This document shows positions 51,345 to 64,000 of a DNA stretch of 64,000 nucleotides, in pieces; within the stretch, counting starts at the first letter, position 1; the number at the start of each line of letters is the position of its first letter. Where the stretch lies: NCBI GenBank assembly GCA_951406725.2, contig OX597814.1, positions 184,140,001-184,204,000 of the forward strand. Direction: 5' to 3'. The notes beneath the pieces are model-generated. The model worked only from the letters and a program-made list of their open reading frames with translations, was not told where the DNA came from and ran no database searches. The translations under genes and the position numbers were made by a program. This stretch comes from Octopus vulgaris (taxonomy: Eukaryota).

Positions 51345-51640
51345 CTGTCAGTATGAAAAAGCCATTTATCGACATTAAGTCAATAGTTACAGTCCTTATC
51401 AATATCTTACCGACGCTTATCGTACGATGTTTGCTGGGCGAGGTTAGGTCAGCGTTGTGTTCTGATGCTCTGGGGTTCCGAGGTCCACTAAATCTATATA
51501 CACGTTATAGACACCTAACGGCGACGTTTATCAGTTATAGCGGAAGCTACGGGATAAGATGGCCTCTTATTCGGTCCGGGGTGTCACTTATTTCATCAGC
51601 CGCTTCTCCTTATCGTACGATGTCAAAGTATTGTCTATTG
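51345..51640 (+). pseudogene. NA: Possible second, heavily deleted neuraminidase-like fragment
   Basis: KKPFI/REPFI; AYRTM and CLLGEVRS vs PYRTLMSCPIGEVPS; YSGSY/YSGSF; WPLIR/WVELIR; second SPYRTM copy from a 15-bp direct repeat. Confidence 0.4.
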
Positions 51641-52066
51641 TATCTTTACACGTGTTGAACAAGGTAATAATCAAGCGATATCATGATTCGTCTTCCTCAT
51701 ATATTACACTCGTGTACACACAAACAGAATCTCACTCACACACACACACATAAACAAACGTTTGCGTGTATGTGTGTGTTTCCGTGTTGGTGTATGCATG
51801 TGCATGTGTTCAGATATAAAAGAGGTGAAGAAAGGGTGTGGGAGAAAGGGAGAGACAAGTGTCGAAGGTCATTAAACAAAACAAATAAATAATCTATACC
51901 TGCGGTAGAGTAACATTATTTGAGTTAGATATTCCTATTTCCTAAAACGGGTATAAACACAACAAAAATGCATCAAAACTTCTAGAGAGGTTAAACGATT
52001 AATGTAGATGAGCAACAGGAGTTAAAACACACACACACACAAACACACGCGAATATGCAGGCACAT

Positions 52067-52109
<43 letters not shown>

Positions 52110-52120
52110 GTTTTACATAT

Positions 52121-53092
52121 ACAGGGTGCAATGGGTAAATTGTCACCATTTTGTATTTTTAATTTCGCGCTTGCGAATCGTTTGTTTTTGATTCTGGTGA
52201 CTACATAGTACAGTAGGATCAGTTGGGCACCGTCTATGTCAAAAACAGCACCATGACGCAATCCACCCTGCCAGAAATTTCGAAACGACATACTGTACTG
52301 CTTACCATCCCGCCGGAAGCTCCAATACGAACAATTCAGAGAGTTTGGGTGTCAATCTGAGGACAGTGCAGAGGATTCAGAAAGAGTTGGATGAATCTAA
52401 TAATAGTGATTACGAAGGTACGGCAGCTCGGAAATCTCACTCTGGTAGTTCTGTTAAGTAAAGAACTGAATTTGTTGGTGAGATCCAGCCCATGATTGAC
52501 AATGATCCCGCCAAGTCAATCAGGTCCATCGCCAGGGATATGCCAGTGTCTGAGTTTCTTATCAGGCAGGTAGTGTATGAAGACATTCGGTATTTCTCAT
52601 ACAAGATGAGAAAGGGCTAATTTTTGTTCCAAGTCATCAAGAACAAGACGAAAGACCGCACTACGAAGCTTTTGAGCAAACTCAAGCATCCCCTCCAACC
52701 AAACATGCTTTGGTTTTACTCAGATGAGAAAAATCTCTGCCAGAATCAGATGGTGAACACACAGAACAACCATTGGCTTTGTCCCCAAAACATGTCACAT
52801 GGCCCCAAACTCAACACAGAGGCCTACATCAAGTACCTGGAGGAGGTAGGGCTACCCTGGGTCAAGAGGATGGCTACTGGAAGACCCTATGTCTGGCAAC
52901 AGGACTCTGCACCATGCCACACAAGCAGGAAAACCCAGTCATGGCTGTCAGACAATTTCTGCAATCACATCACCCCTAACATCTGGCCACCTAACTCCCC
53001 AGACTGCAACTCCTTGGTTATTATGTGTGGGGCACAGTTGAGCGAAAGACCAACAAAACTCCTTGTAACACCAAAGATGAACTGAATGCAAG
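52121..53092 (+). mobile_element. Degenerate maT (DD37D-type) Tc1/mariner transposon
   Basis: TA-CAGGGTG end; WFYSDEK and WQQDSAPCHTS...WPPNSPDCN catalytic motifs; stops and deletions. Confidence 0.85.
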
Positions 53093-53109
53093 GATCGTAT
53101 ATGTACTCT

Positions 53110-54084
53110 TAACTTAATACTCACGAAGGACCAGCACTACACAGCGTGTAACAAGCTGTAGCTTTAGCATTGCATGTACTGTCTACTTCTATATCAGTTT
53201 GTGTCCACCCAGATTCACTCATAAAGTATAGATCGAGTCAAAAGTAAAGAAAATATTTGTCAACGATATCATATAGTGGGAGTCCAAACCTGTGCGCTGC
53301 TACATATACGAGTGGGGATGCTGAAAAGTTCCTGGCTTTAAGGGTATCGCAAAAGGTCTGGCTTGAGGCCCAATCTTCCCAGTTCTTTTACGGAGCTTTG
53401 AAAAACTGAAGGACTGTTGCAATAACTGTATGAATCTGTGAGGGAAATATGTTCAATAAAATCATAATTAACTGATTCACCTGTAAACTGTTCGGCCGGT
53501 AGTCGGAAATAAGCTAAAGGATAACGCATCCGAGAAAATAACATTCTTCCACTGCTCTAGGGACCAATTCTGTAGGTTTTTACTCCACTCTAAACGCTTT
53601 GCAACGTTTGTTTTTGAAAGTTGTGGTTTTCTGATTGCAGCCCTCCCGTGAAATCTGGCTTTGTGCAGCTCCCGGCGAACAGTTTTTGTGGAAACTGGGT
53701 TCTCGAGGTGGTCATTAAGCTGTGCAGTAATTTTGGGAAATGTACTTTTGTGAGTCTGACGGTCCCTATCCGATGGCAAAAATGAGTAATCCTTGTGACG
53801 GACCGGCGTCCTGTCCAGGTGGGGAATATATATGCCAGAGAACCCAGAAAACCGACCCTTATGAGTCGACGCGACTCGAGAAGGTAACTTTTTTTTTTAT
53901 ACACACACCGAGCAAAAACCGAGAACCCTAACGCTAACCGACCGAGCAAATATCTTCGTCATACCAAGTTCGTTTTGCAGAATATTCTCACCTCTCTCAC
54001 GGAATGTGCTAATAGCTTTGACTATATGATTTATACCCAATCGCCTGTCATCCATCAACATGTAATGAACACAGTCAGTGGTTT

Positions 54085-54120
<36 letters not shown>

Positions 54121-54345
54121 ACACATAATTACTACGCGCCGTAAGAACTGCAGACGCTGTTTTTGAACAAGAATCATACGCCTGATGATTAGAAACCTGG
54201 AATGGGAAATATAGGATATGTTCTATATTAAAAGAGGTATTTAATCACTCTCAAGCGATAATGTTCTCCTCAAATCTAGGTAAGGATCACTGCTAATGAG
54301 ATAATATTCAAAGCACTCAAACAGCACACCAATCCTTTTTCTTTT
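53110..54345 (-). pseudogene. M1: Possible second M1-like fragment split by nested DNA transposons (pieces 54125-54345 and 53110-53305)
   Basis: [43 protein letters not shown]; ARSNYV/QRRRFV; GLPLYDIVDK/GDPNNMDK; ATACYTL/LASCMGL. Confidence 0.35.
53306..54085 (-). mobile_element. Nested mariner remnant, Tc1 fragment (53480-53750) and SINE tail
   Basis: Mariner end tacgag..gctgaaaagttcctggc; Tc1 VSTKTVRRELHKA.FHGRAAIRKP...WKNVIFSD; mariner DDRRLGI...ILQNELGMTKIFAR. Confidence 0.8.
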
Positions 54346-54569
54346 TGATGCTTTCTTCATCTCTTTTCTTATATTTCTTCCTGTAATTATTAATGTTGAT
54401 TTCATAATCGTTACTCTTTCTTTCATCTTGCGATTGTATTTTCTCTTTTCCCACTCATGTCACAACTCTCTAAATGCAAATCTACTTATATGCACACACG
54501 TATTTCTGTCTCTGTCCATACAGTTATCTGAAGCTACAAATGATCCTCTCTCTGTCTGTCTCTCCCTTA

Positions 54570-55270
<701 letters not shown>

Positions 55271-55850
55271 ATGCATATATGGGTACAGGACATCAAAAAG
55301 ACGTTGAACACAATGAGAAACGAAAACAAAAACAAAAGCATAGAAACGAACTTTTTTTTGAACAACGAAAAAACAAACAAACAGAGAGACGAGACATGCA
55401 ACATAAAGAATATTCCCTTCTTCAGTTGTCCCTGTTTGATCTACTCCGCGTCGAAGGCAAGGACAATACGCGACTTCATTGAAACAGTCCTTCCCACAAA
55501 TCAAATTAAATAAAATTTGGGACTTTTTGCGGAGGGTGAAAGTGGTAACAAGAACAGGACAGTGAGAACAGGACAGTAAAAAACAGAACAATGCGAACAA
55601 CACAGTAAAAACAAATGGTGAGGGCTGTTAAGCCAAGATATATATATATATAAAAGCATCCACGAAAATGTGAGCATACGCATTCGTTTGGTTTGGTTTA
55701 GTGCACGATCACAAAGCGAGTTATGTTTAGAAGAATGGAGAGGTAAAAACTAAACTTAATTCATCCATACATTAAACTAAATTATTTTAACAGTTACTCC
55801 AATTCATTCCTACTGCATTGTGCGAAAGCACATTTATATTCGTGTAGGCA

Positions 55851-55893
<43 letters not shown>

Positions 55894-56456
55894 GCCTGTC
55901 TATCTATGTGTGCGTGTGTGTGTAAAAATGTTGAATTAGATTCGTTCTTTAATTTGGAAGTTTCCAAAAAAGATTTCTAATATTGATTCTTCAAATTTTA
56001 CTGGTAGTTTAGTGGTGTAAATTTGCGATTATGAAAATAATACTTGTTTATGATGTGTAATTTATGGTAAGAAATGCCATAAAACTCAACAACTTTGTTA
56101 AAAATGGAGAAGCGAAGATTTAAAATATGAAAATTTTAATTCATGTAGACGGTCGTTTCGTACACAGATATAGGAATCATGCAAATTCATGGTTGAATTG
56201 AATTAAATAAATTAACTAAATTCATCATATATCACTGTACTCTTAAGTGCAAGAAGTATAAACAAAATTTTTACAAAGGACTTAAGAAAGGAAATAGCAG
56301 AACAGAATCTAGGAGATTAATATTTATCCTTTTGAGAAAAAGAGATGTGAGTTCAGTTAGGTATTAAGTATAACGGTTAATTGAAAATATAAGTAAAAGA
56401 GTTTTCAGAGACGTTCCCGCTATAGATGAATAAAGAGATTAGAAATTTTAACTCCA

Positions 56457-56460
56457 TCCG

Positions 56461-56536
<76 letters not shown>

Positions 56537-56566
56537 CATATATATATATATACATTACATAAATAT

Positions 56567-56597
<31 letters not shown>

Positions 56598-56692
56598 CAT
56601 ACATATATAAACATACAGATATATATATATATACATACATATATAAACATACAGATATATATATACATATATATATATATATAAACATACAG

Positions 56693-56723
<31 letters not shown>

Positions 56724-56732
56724 AACATACAG

Positions 56733-56765
<33 letters not shown>

Positions 56766-56774
56766 AACATATAG

Positions 56775-56805
<31 letters not shown>

Positions 56806-56898
56806 AACATACAGATATATATATACATATATACATATATATATATAAACATACAGATATATATATACATATATATATATAAACATACAGATATATAT

Positions 56899-56956
<58 letters not shown>
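56457..56956. repeat. (TCTA)n followed by a ~32-bp minisatellite (ataaacatacagatatatatatacat) and (TA)n
   Basis: Visible directly. Confidence 0.9.
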
Positions 56957-56961
<5 letters not shown>

Positions 56962-57571
56962 CGTGTGTGAATTAACGTGTGTGTGTTGTTAATCGCTTTT
57001 TGGTTGCAGTAATTCGTCCAAGGAAGGTCCCTTTAAAGACGCAGATTGCTAAAAACAACACAGTAGACTTCAAAGCAAGGCAAAAAGAATCACCTTGGAG
57101 GTGAGCAATATATATTTATGCGTGCGTGTACGCACGTGTGTATCTATATACGTATATCTAGATAGGAATGTATACATTTATGTACACACATGTGTGTGTG
57201 GATCTGCTTGTGTATGTATGTATAAAATTTTAACTTTTATAGCATCGTGCTAGTCCATGCCTTTTGCATGAAATTGAGCAAATGGAAACGGCAAAGAATA
57301 CTGTCTAGTTGATTGTACATGTAACTCACAAGTTACGGCCTAATTATAAACACCGTGTCACTCTCATATTGTCTTAGAATTAAGTTAAGATGACATGTGT
57401 GAGTGCGGAGTGGACAACCACTTATGCATTAATCCAAGAGTAGGTTATTCACTTGATCGAACAATTTAAGTCCCCATCGTTAAACGACGAAGGCCTACCA
57501 CCAAGTGTGTATATATATATATATATATATACATACATACATACATACATAGATACATACATACACACACA

Positions 57572-57602
<31 letters not shown>

Positions 57603-57854
57603 ACCTGAAGGCGCACTCACACACATACATACACGTACATATGTATATGGATATATGTTTGTATGTGTGTGCATATATACATACATACATATATATACAT
57701 ACATACATACATATACATACATATACATACATACATATACATACATACATACACATACATACATATACATACATACATACATATACATACATACATACAT
57801 ACATATACATACATATACATGCATACATACATATACATACATACATACATACAT

Positions 57855-57901
<47 letters not shown>

Positions 57902-58230
57902 TACATATATATAGTTGTGTACATGTCCTCATCAATCAATCATTATGTCATCTGCTCACTCTCCTTAATTCCAACCCACACTACATTTTTTTCTATTTGT
58001 GTTTCCTTCCTTCCATCAGTTATCTACCCATCTTCCCCACCACCTTTTTTTTCTTATTTTACTACATTTCCTCATTCTATCTCTAGAGATAATTTCTCTC
58101 ATCGTTTTTCCTTTTTTTCTTTTTTTGCGTTTTCATTTTCACATAAGCGTGTCTTATCTTTTTTTCTACTCATTCCCCCATTTTTTTCCCTGACTTCAAC
58201 TGTTTCTCCCCCCTCTCTCTCCATCCATTC

Positions 58231-58277
<47 letters not shown>

Positions 58278-58783
58278 CCCACCCTCTCTCTCTCTCTCTC
58301 TCTCTCTCGTTGTCTTTCATCTCATATCATTTCTTATCAAACGCTCAGCTGTAGTAATAATGCCCTTTCGCTCGAAAACTATTTCTAATAAACCGCCTGA
58401 GATTTATTGAAGTCGCTTGTTATCATTAAATGATGCCGAAGACGACAACAACAAAAACAACATCATTACCAACGGCCGCAACATAACGTTTATACAATCA
58501 ACGTCATGATTTTTAGTGTATAACGCAGAAATATTCCGTAACTACTTCTAGATGAAGTGAATAGATTAAATGATGTAACACTTGAACGTCATACTAATTA
58601 AATATTTCTGTATGGATTATCATCGTTATAGTTTAGTTCAGTTCAACCCTGATAGAGAAAACCTATGATTATAAGGTTTTCGGCCATGCCCAAATTGTCT
58701 GTTGTTTTGAATTTAATAGGGAACTATATTGTGCAATACGTAATTCTTTTGAAAGAAATCTGAGGAAGACTTCAGAACTATTT

Positions 58784-59325
58784 CTTATTTCTTTATTGCC
58801 CACAAGGAGCTAAACACAGAGACGGCAAACAATGACAGACAAACGGATTCAGTCGATTACATCGACCCCAGTGCGTAACTGGTACTTAATTTGTCGACCC
58901 CGAAAGGATGAAAGGCAAAGTCGACCTCGGCGGAATTTGAACTCAGAACGCGAAGACAGACGAAATACCCATTTCTTTACTACCCACAAGGAGCTAAACA
59001 CAGAGACGACAAACAATGACAGATAAACGGATTCAGTCGATTACATCTACCCCAGTGCGTAACTGGTATTTATTTAATCGACCCTGAAAGGATGAAAGGC
59101 AAAGTCGACCTCGGCGGAATATGAACTCAACGTAGCGGCAGACGAAATAACTATTTCTTTACTACCCACAAGGGGATAAACACAGAGAAGACAAACAAGC
59201 ACAGACAAACGGATTAAGTCGATTTTATCGACCCCAGTGCGTAACTGGTACTTATTTAATCGACCCCGAAAGGATGAAATGCAAAGTCGACCTCGGCGTG
59301 CTAACGTTTCTGCCAGCTCGCCACC
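58784..59325 (-). mobile_element. SINE family B, three tandem units
   Basis: ~184-bp unit tatttctttactacccacaag...gtcgacctcggcg occurs three times; TSD-like ttcagaactatttct / ttcagaattatttct. Confidence 0.88.
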
Positions 59326-59988
59326 TTTTCAGAATTATTTCTAATAGTTAAGCAGCCACGTAACAGCTTCCGTGCCAACTATCTGTATGTAAGGTTTTTA
59401 GATGGCATTTACAGTTTACAGTGTCTCTCTGTTAAAGTGGAGGATGTTGTTATGTAACAACAATTTAGCTCTGGTCAAGTAGACTTACAATCAAAATGAT
59501 TCCTGTCGTGACTGTCCCATCTTTTTTCAGTCAGGGTCTCTATAAATACATTGTTCATTGCAGTCAGTTTTCAAGCCTGTAGAGTAAAATTTCAGAGAGA
59601 TTTGGAATGTATTCCTTCCAAAGACGCCATGCAAACTTTATATGTAGCTAACAAGTCAGATATTAATTCTAAGATGTGTGATAATTAAAAAGCAAAAATG
59701 CATGGGCAACACGAATTCTCAGTGAGAATATTAAGATAATTTTTAATCGAAGCCTAATCAAAAACTCAACATTCCGAAACTCTGTCGTTACTCCCCCAAT
59801 GTTATAAATGAGAGGATGCAAACGTAATGATTTCTAATTTAGACCAAAAATGCTATTAAAACATGGATGATTAAAAAGTATTCCGTCAACCAGAATAATG
59901 AGTGAAAGGTATATTTTCAAGTGAAGCGTCTCAACAGGATGAATCTTAAATCTTTGAAAATCCTTGTTGTAGCAGTCTTTTTACACGT

Positions 59989-60245
59989 GGAGGCGCATGG
60001 CTTAGTGGCTATGGTGTGGGTCTCATGATCGTAAAATTGTGGTTTTGATTCCTGAGCCGGGTAACGCGTTATGTTCTTGAGTAAGACACTTCATTTCACG
60101 TTGTTCCAGTCCCCACAGACTGCAAAAAGGAGTAATCCTGCAACGGACCAATGACCCGTCCAGGTGGGGTATATATATATCATGGAAACCAGGAAACCAG
60201 CCCTTATGAGTCAGCATGACTCCAGAAGGTAATTTTACCTTTACC
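59989..60245 (+). mobile_element. SINE family C
   Basis: ggaggcgcatggcttagtgg head; (ttacct)n tail. Confidence 0.8.
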
Positions 60246-60580
60246 TTTTTAGACGTTTCAATTAAGGTCATTTTCAAAACAACCTTCCCACCTCCCACTG
60301 AACAACTAACAAAAACATAACTACACTCAGTTCGCTTTGAAACTAATCAAATGGACTGACCCTGAAGAAGCTGCACTGAAGACTGTGCCAGGTTGTATCC
60401 GCAACTGCCCTTAATCTGTGTAGTGGAAACACTTGTAGTTTATACTAACCATAAAAATATGTGGTATAAAATTGTAGAATAAGAGAAAAATTTTGGGGAG
60501 GAAGAAGTCTCCATGTTCTATAACGTTATAATTATTGCTAAAATGTGTGTAAGTATGTATGTGTGTGAGTGTGTGAGTGT

Positions 60581-60915
60581 GACCCCAGTGCGTAAATGGT
60601 ACTTAATTTATCGACCCCGAAAGGATGAAAGGCAAAGTCGACCTCAGCGGAATTTGAACTCAGAACGTAAAGACAGACGAAATACCTATTTCTTTACTAC
60701 CCACAAGGGGCTAACCACAGAGAGGACAAACAAGGACAGTGTCTGTACTGGCCCTATATCGGTGTTTGTTTATCGACCTCCGCGAAACTTGGCGGTTCAG
60801 CATTAAAGACGAATAAAATAAGGACCAAGTTTACAAATATGAACAGTGGTCGATTTCTTCAACTGAACCTTTCAAATTGGTTATCCAGGATGCCTACTAT
60901 CTAATGACTGAAGCA
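60581..60915. mobile_element. SINE family B fragment followed by degenerate family A tail
   Basis: Match to 58860-59010 and to the family A 3' module. Confidence 0.7.
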
Positions 60916-62828
60916 ATTAAATTATTTTAAAAATTAAAATTGTTGCTAAATAACCTAAGAAAACGTAGAAAAATCAATTAAATTTCCTGTATTCGTTGCA
61001 TTATAATTTCCACGGCTATATATGTTTCCTGTTCAGTTTTAGGCAACGGATATTAGAATATTCATGCGTTAGATTTTTTCTTGGAATTTAAAAAATAAAT
61101 AGTTGATAGGCTTGGCTAAAGTGTTTTACAGGTATTCATTTTTCGAATTGCTTAATGTTATATTTAATGTTACAAAATTCAAAACATCACTACCACTCCG
61201 CCATTTCTCCACTCTCCTTTCAGGTAATCACGTGGAAGCGTTACGGACGGACTAATTAACGGAGGAACAAGCAGAATTATTATAAGATACTGTGAAATAA
61301 ACAGTAGCAATCACTGATTGTGATGTGAACTGAAAAAAGCGAGTATGATTTGTTAGTGTTTTGCTAATTGATTTAGGTACCTGTTTTGTTGCGAGCAGAC
61401 ACAGGCTGTAGCTCCCTCTCTCAATTAATTTTCTTACACTTGACTCGGCGAATAATAGAGACTGTAAAAGGAGAAATCTGAAAGGAGAAATATCTGCTCC
61501 TACACTCGGTTGATATGCTTCTCATCTGCGTAGACTGGAGTACAGTGAAATAAACTGCTTCCATGCAGGAAGCGAACCCGCGATCTTCTGATCGATCGCC
61601 CAACACGTCTAACCATTAAATGAAGCTCCTTCACACAGCAATGCAAAGTACATAATAGTAATCACTCGTAACAATTGTGACAAACATACTCACTAACAAA
61701 CAACTGCACGTTACAGAAGTGTATTTTTGTATAATTCATACCGCTAGCTTTATGTCTGTGTGTGTGTTTGAGCGCATGTATGTAGGACCTTTATTTTGAA
61801 GAAGTCGTCTGATAGTTTAGCTGTTATACATCTCTTAGGGATATTAAATGATGTTAGCGAAGTGATCTGATTTCAATTAGGAATTGAAAGTCTGCCATGC
61901 TATTCACTGTAGCTCTCTTCATTTTAGGCGAAATATTAAATTCTCACCTTCTCACGAGGCCAGAAATTTTTGTTAAGTGGGAATATTGACTTTTTTAATC
62001 GATTCCCCCCAGTTGATTGATACTTATTTTATCAACATCGGAGACAAGCAGTCTCAGTCTGGATTTGAACTGGGGATGCCTAGCGACAATATCAGAAACA
62101 GTAATTTAGTTTAACATGTTACCGCTTGCGTAACTCATTACGTCAGCTCTGGAGTCGATTAAAAGCCAACGAATCATTGAATGAGGCGTAGTTGATTGAA
62201 TCAAACACTGCGCAATATTTTATGGTCAATGGAAATATGAATTTCAAAGTCAGTCGTAATGGGATTTGAATTCAGTTGAGAAAACTATCAAAGAAAATAT
62301 CTGTTAATAATCGAGTGCATTATTACTTCTGTAACCTATTAGTCACTCACCCACCACCACCACCACCACCACCACAACCACAACCACAACCACCACCACT
62401 ATTGAGGAGAATAAAAATCATAGTTTACGTTAAGAACGACAATGACGTATGCAGTGTAAAATGGAGGAGCAACAGACAGACTGAGCAAATGTGAAAGTAT
62501 ACTGATAAAATGTTTCATTCGTTTATAGAGCAAAATAAAGATAGTGTGCTAAGGGGCTTGAAGCAGTTACAGATATTCAGAATTATTGAAACCCATCGCA
62601 ACCCAAATGCACACCTTTTAATTTTTTTTACCAAATCTTCACATACTCACATTTTCGATATTACAAATAAATCAATACACAATATTTATTCATTATATAT
62701 ATATATATATATCAGTATAAAGATATATATATATATGTGCGTATATATATACATATATATATGTATATATATACATATATAAATATATCTATATTCATAT
62801 ATAAATATGTCTATCTATCTATATATAA

Positions 62829-62861
<33 letters not shown>

Positions 62862-62919
62862 TACACCAATGCACACACACATACACACACACATATATAT
62901 ATATGCATATGTGTTGGTG

Positions 62920-62965
<46 letters not shown>

Positions 62966-63102
62966 CTTGCCTAGTTATATTGCACTGGGTTTTGTTTGCT
63001 GCTTTCATTTATTTACTGAATATTCGTTTTACACCCGTTTTTCGTCTGTTGAAATCTCCCAGAGTTCCCATAAACAGCGGTAATGTGCGCATGAAAGAGA
63101 AG

Positions 63103-63171
63103 CGATAACCTAACTTGAGATCAGACGTTCACCAACGTCTGATCTCAAGTCACGTTATCGTGTTCACCAAC
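63103..63171. repeat. Perfect 17-bp hairpin with outer 7-bp arms
   Basis: acttgagatcagacgtt-cacc-aacgtctgatctcaagt inside cgataac/gttatcg; gttcaccaac recurs at 63162. Confidence 0.85.
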
Positions 63172-63682
63172 ACTACATCTTTAATACTAACATATGGAAA
63201 TATAGTTGCAGAGAATGATTACTTTCCCTCCCTGCCTTACTGAAATAGTTCAAAACCCCCCAGATTCATACCCTCTCAGATTGACTAAATGAAGTAAATG
63301 CGGCCATGTTCATACGCGACGCGGTAAATATTATGATCATTGTTCCATCAAACGTCGCACAAATTCACATATGTAGGTTCTTCACACACACATATGTACG
63401 TATATATTTATGCATATAAGCACCCACATAGACATGCATACATATGTGTGTGTGTGTGAGTATGAGAGAGAAAGAACGGGGGGAGAGAGAGGGATAGAGA
63501 GTAAGTAGGGGAGTGACTGTTATACATCAACAAGTGCTTGTGTGATTCCGGTAAAAGTTATACAATCATACAATATAAGCCATGAAAAATATTTAGGTTC
63601 GTCCAAATACGAACATATAGGCATATGAGTGTGTGTATGTATGTAAGTTTGTATGTAATTATGTCTGTATGGAAGCATGTAC

Positions 63683-63731
<49 letters not shown>

Positions 63732-63917
63732 CATATTTATATATATATACATGTATATATACATACACAATTACGTTCGCGTATATACATAGACGCAAAC
63801 ATATATAGATATACATACATAAATATATACATACATATATATAATATATATATATATATGTTTATATACACATTGATAAAAACATACAAACATACACATA
63901 TATACATGCATATATAT

Positions 63918-63965
<48 letters not shown>

Positions 63966-64000
63966 GTTTATATACACATTGATAAAAACATACAAACATG

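Larger units (their letters stand above)
55930..63300 (+). pseudogene. PA: Near-full-length influenza-like PA scattered between repeats
   Basis: In order: FVKNGE/FINEQGE; DGRFVHRYRNHANSWLN/EGRDRTMAWTVVNSICN (56150); INIYPF/IHIFSF; ISKRVF/IKTRLF; SKMCDN*KAKM/SQMSKEVNARI (59670); RPKMLL-MD/RSKFLLMD; HVEALRTD*LTEE/HIASMRRNYFTSE (61230); TEVYFCII/TNLYGFII; YVK..VKW/YVR..MKW (62425); SFIE..SV/SMIE..SV; KSCLVIL/KVCRTLL. Confidence 0.65.

Overview
AT-rich, microsatellite-dense animal DNA. The tRNA-derived SINE families and (TAA)n-nested Dong/R4 LINEs suggest a cephalopod (octopus-like) genome; that is an inference. I found no convincing host gene. Roughly half the window is ordinary repeats: SINEs, RTE, CR1-group, Dong/R4 and L1/Tx1 LINE pieces, Tc1/mariner/maT remnants and simple repeats. 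The main discovery is in the unique DNA between the repeats, which is largely decayed coding sequence (stops, frameshifts, internal deletions). Translated by hand across frames, it reproduces influenza-type orthomyxovirus (Articulavirales) motifs in the right order and mostly at the right spacing. There are several divergent copies of PB2, PB1 and PA, plus NP, neuraminidase-like, M1-like and probably HA-like pieces, on both strands, often abutting each other and split by younger transposons. The window therefore looks like a multi-segment, multi-copy cluster of endogenous influenza-like viral elements (EVEs). A second feature is a tandem ~546-bp non-coding unit carrying type I hammerhead ribozymes (retrozyme/Penelope-like). 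All viral alignments were made by eye against influenza A sequences recalled from memory, and coordinates of decayed elements are approximate. They need tBLASTn or profile-HMM confirmation.
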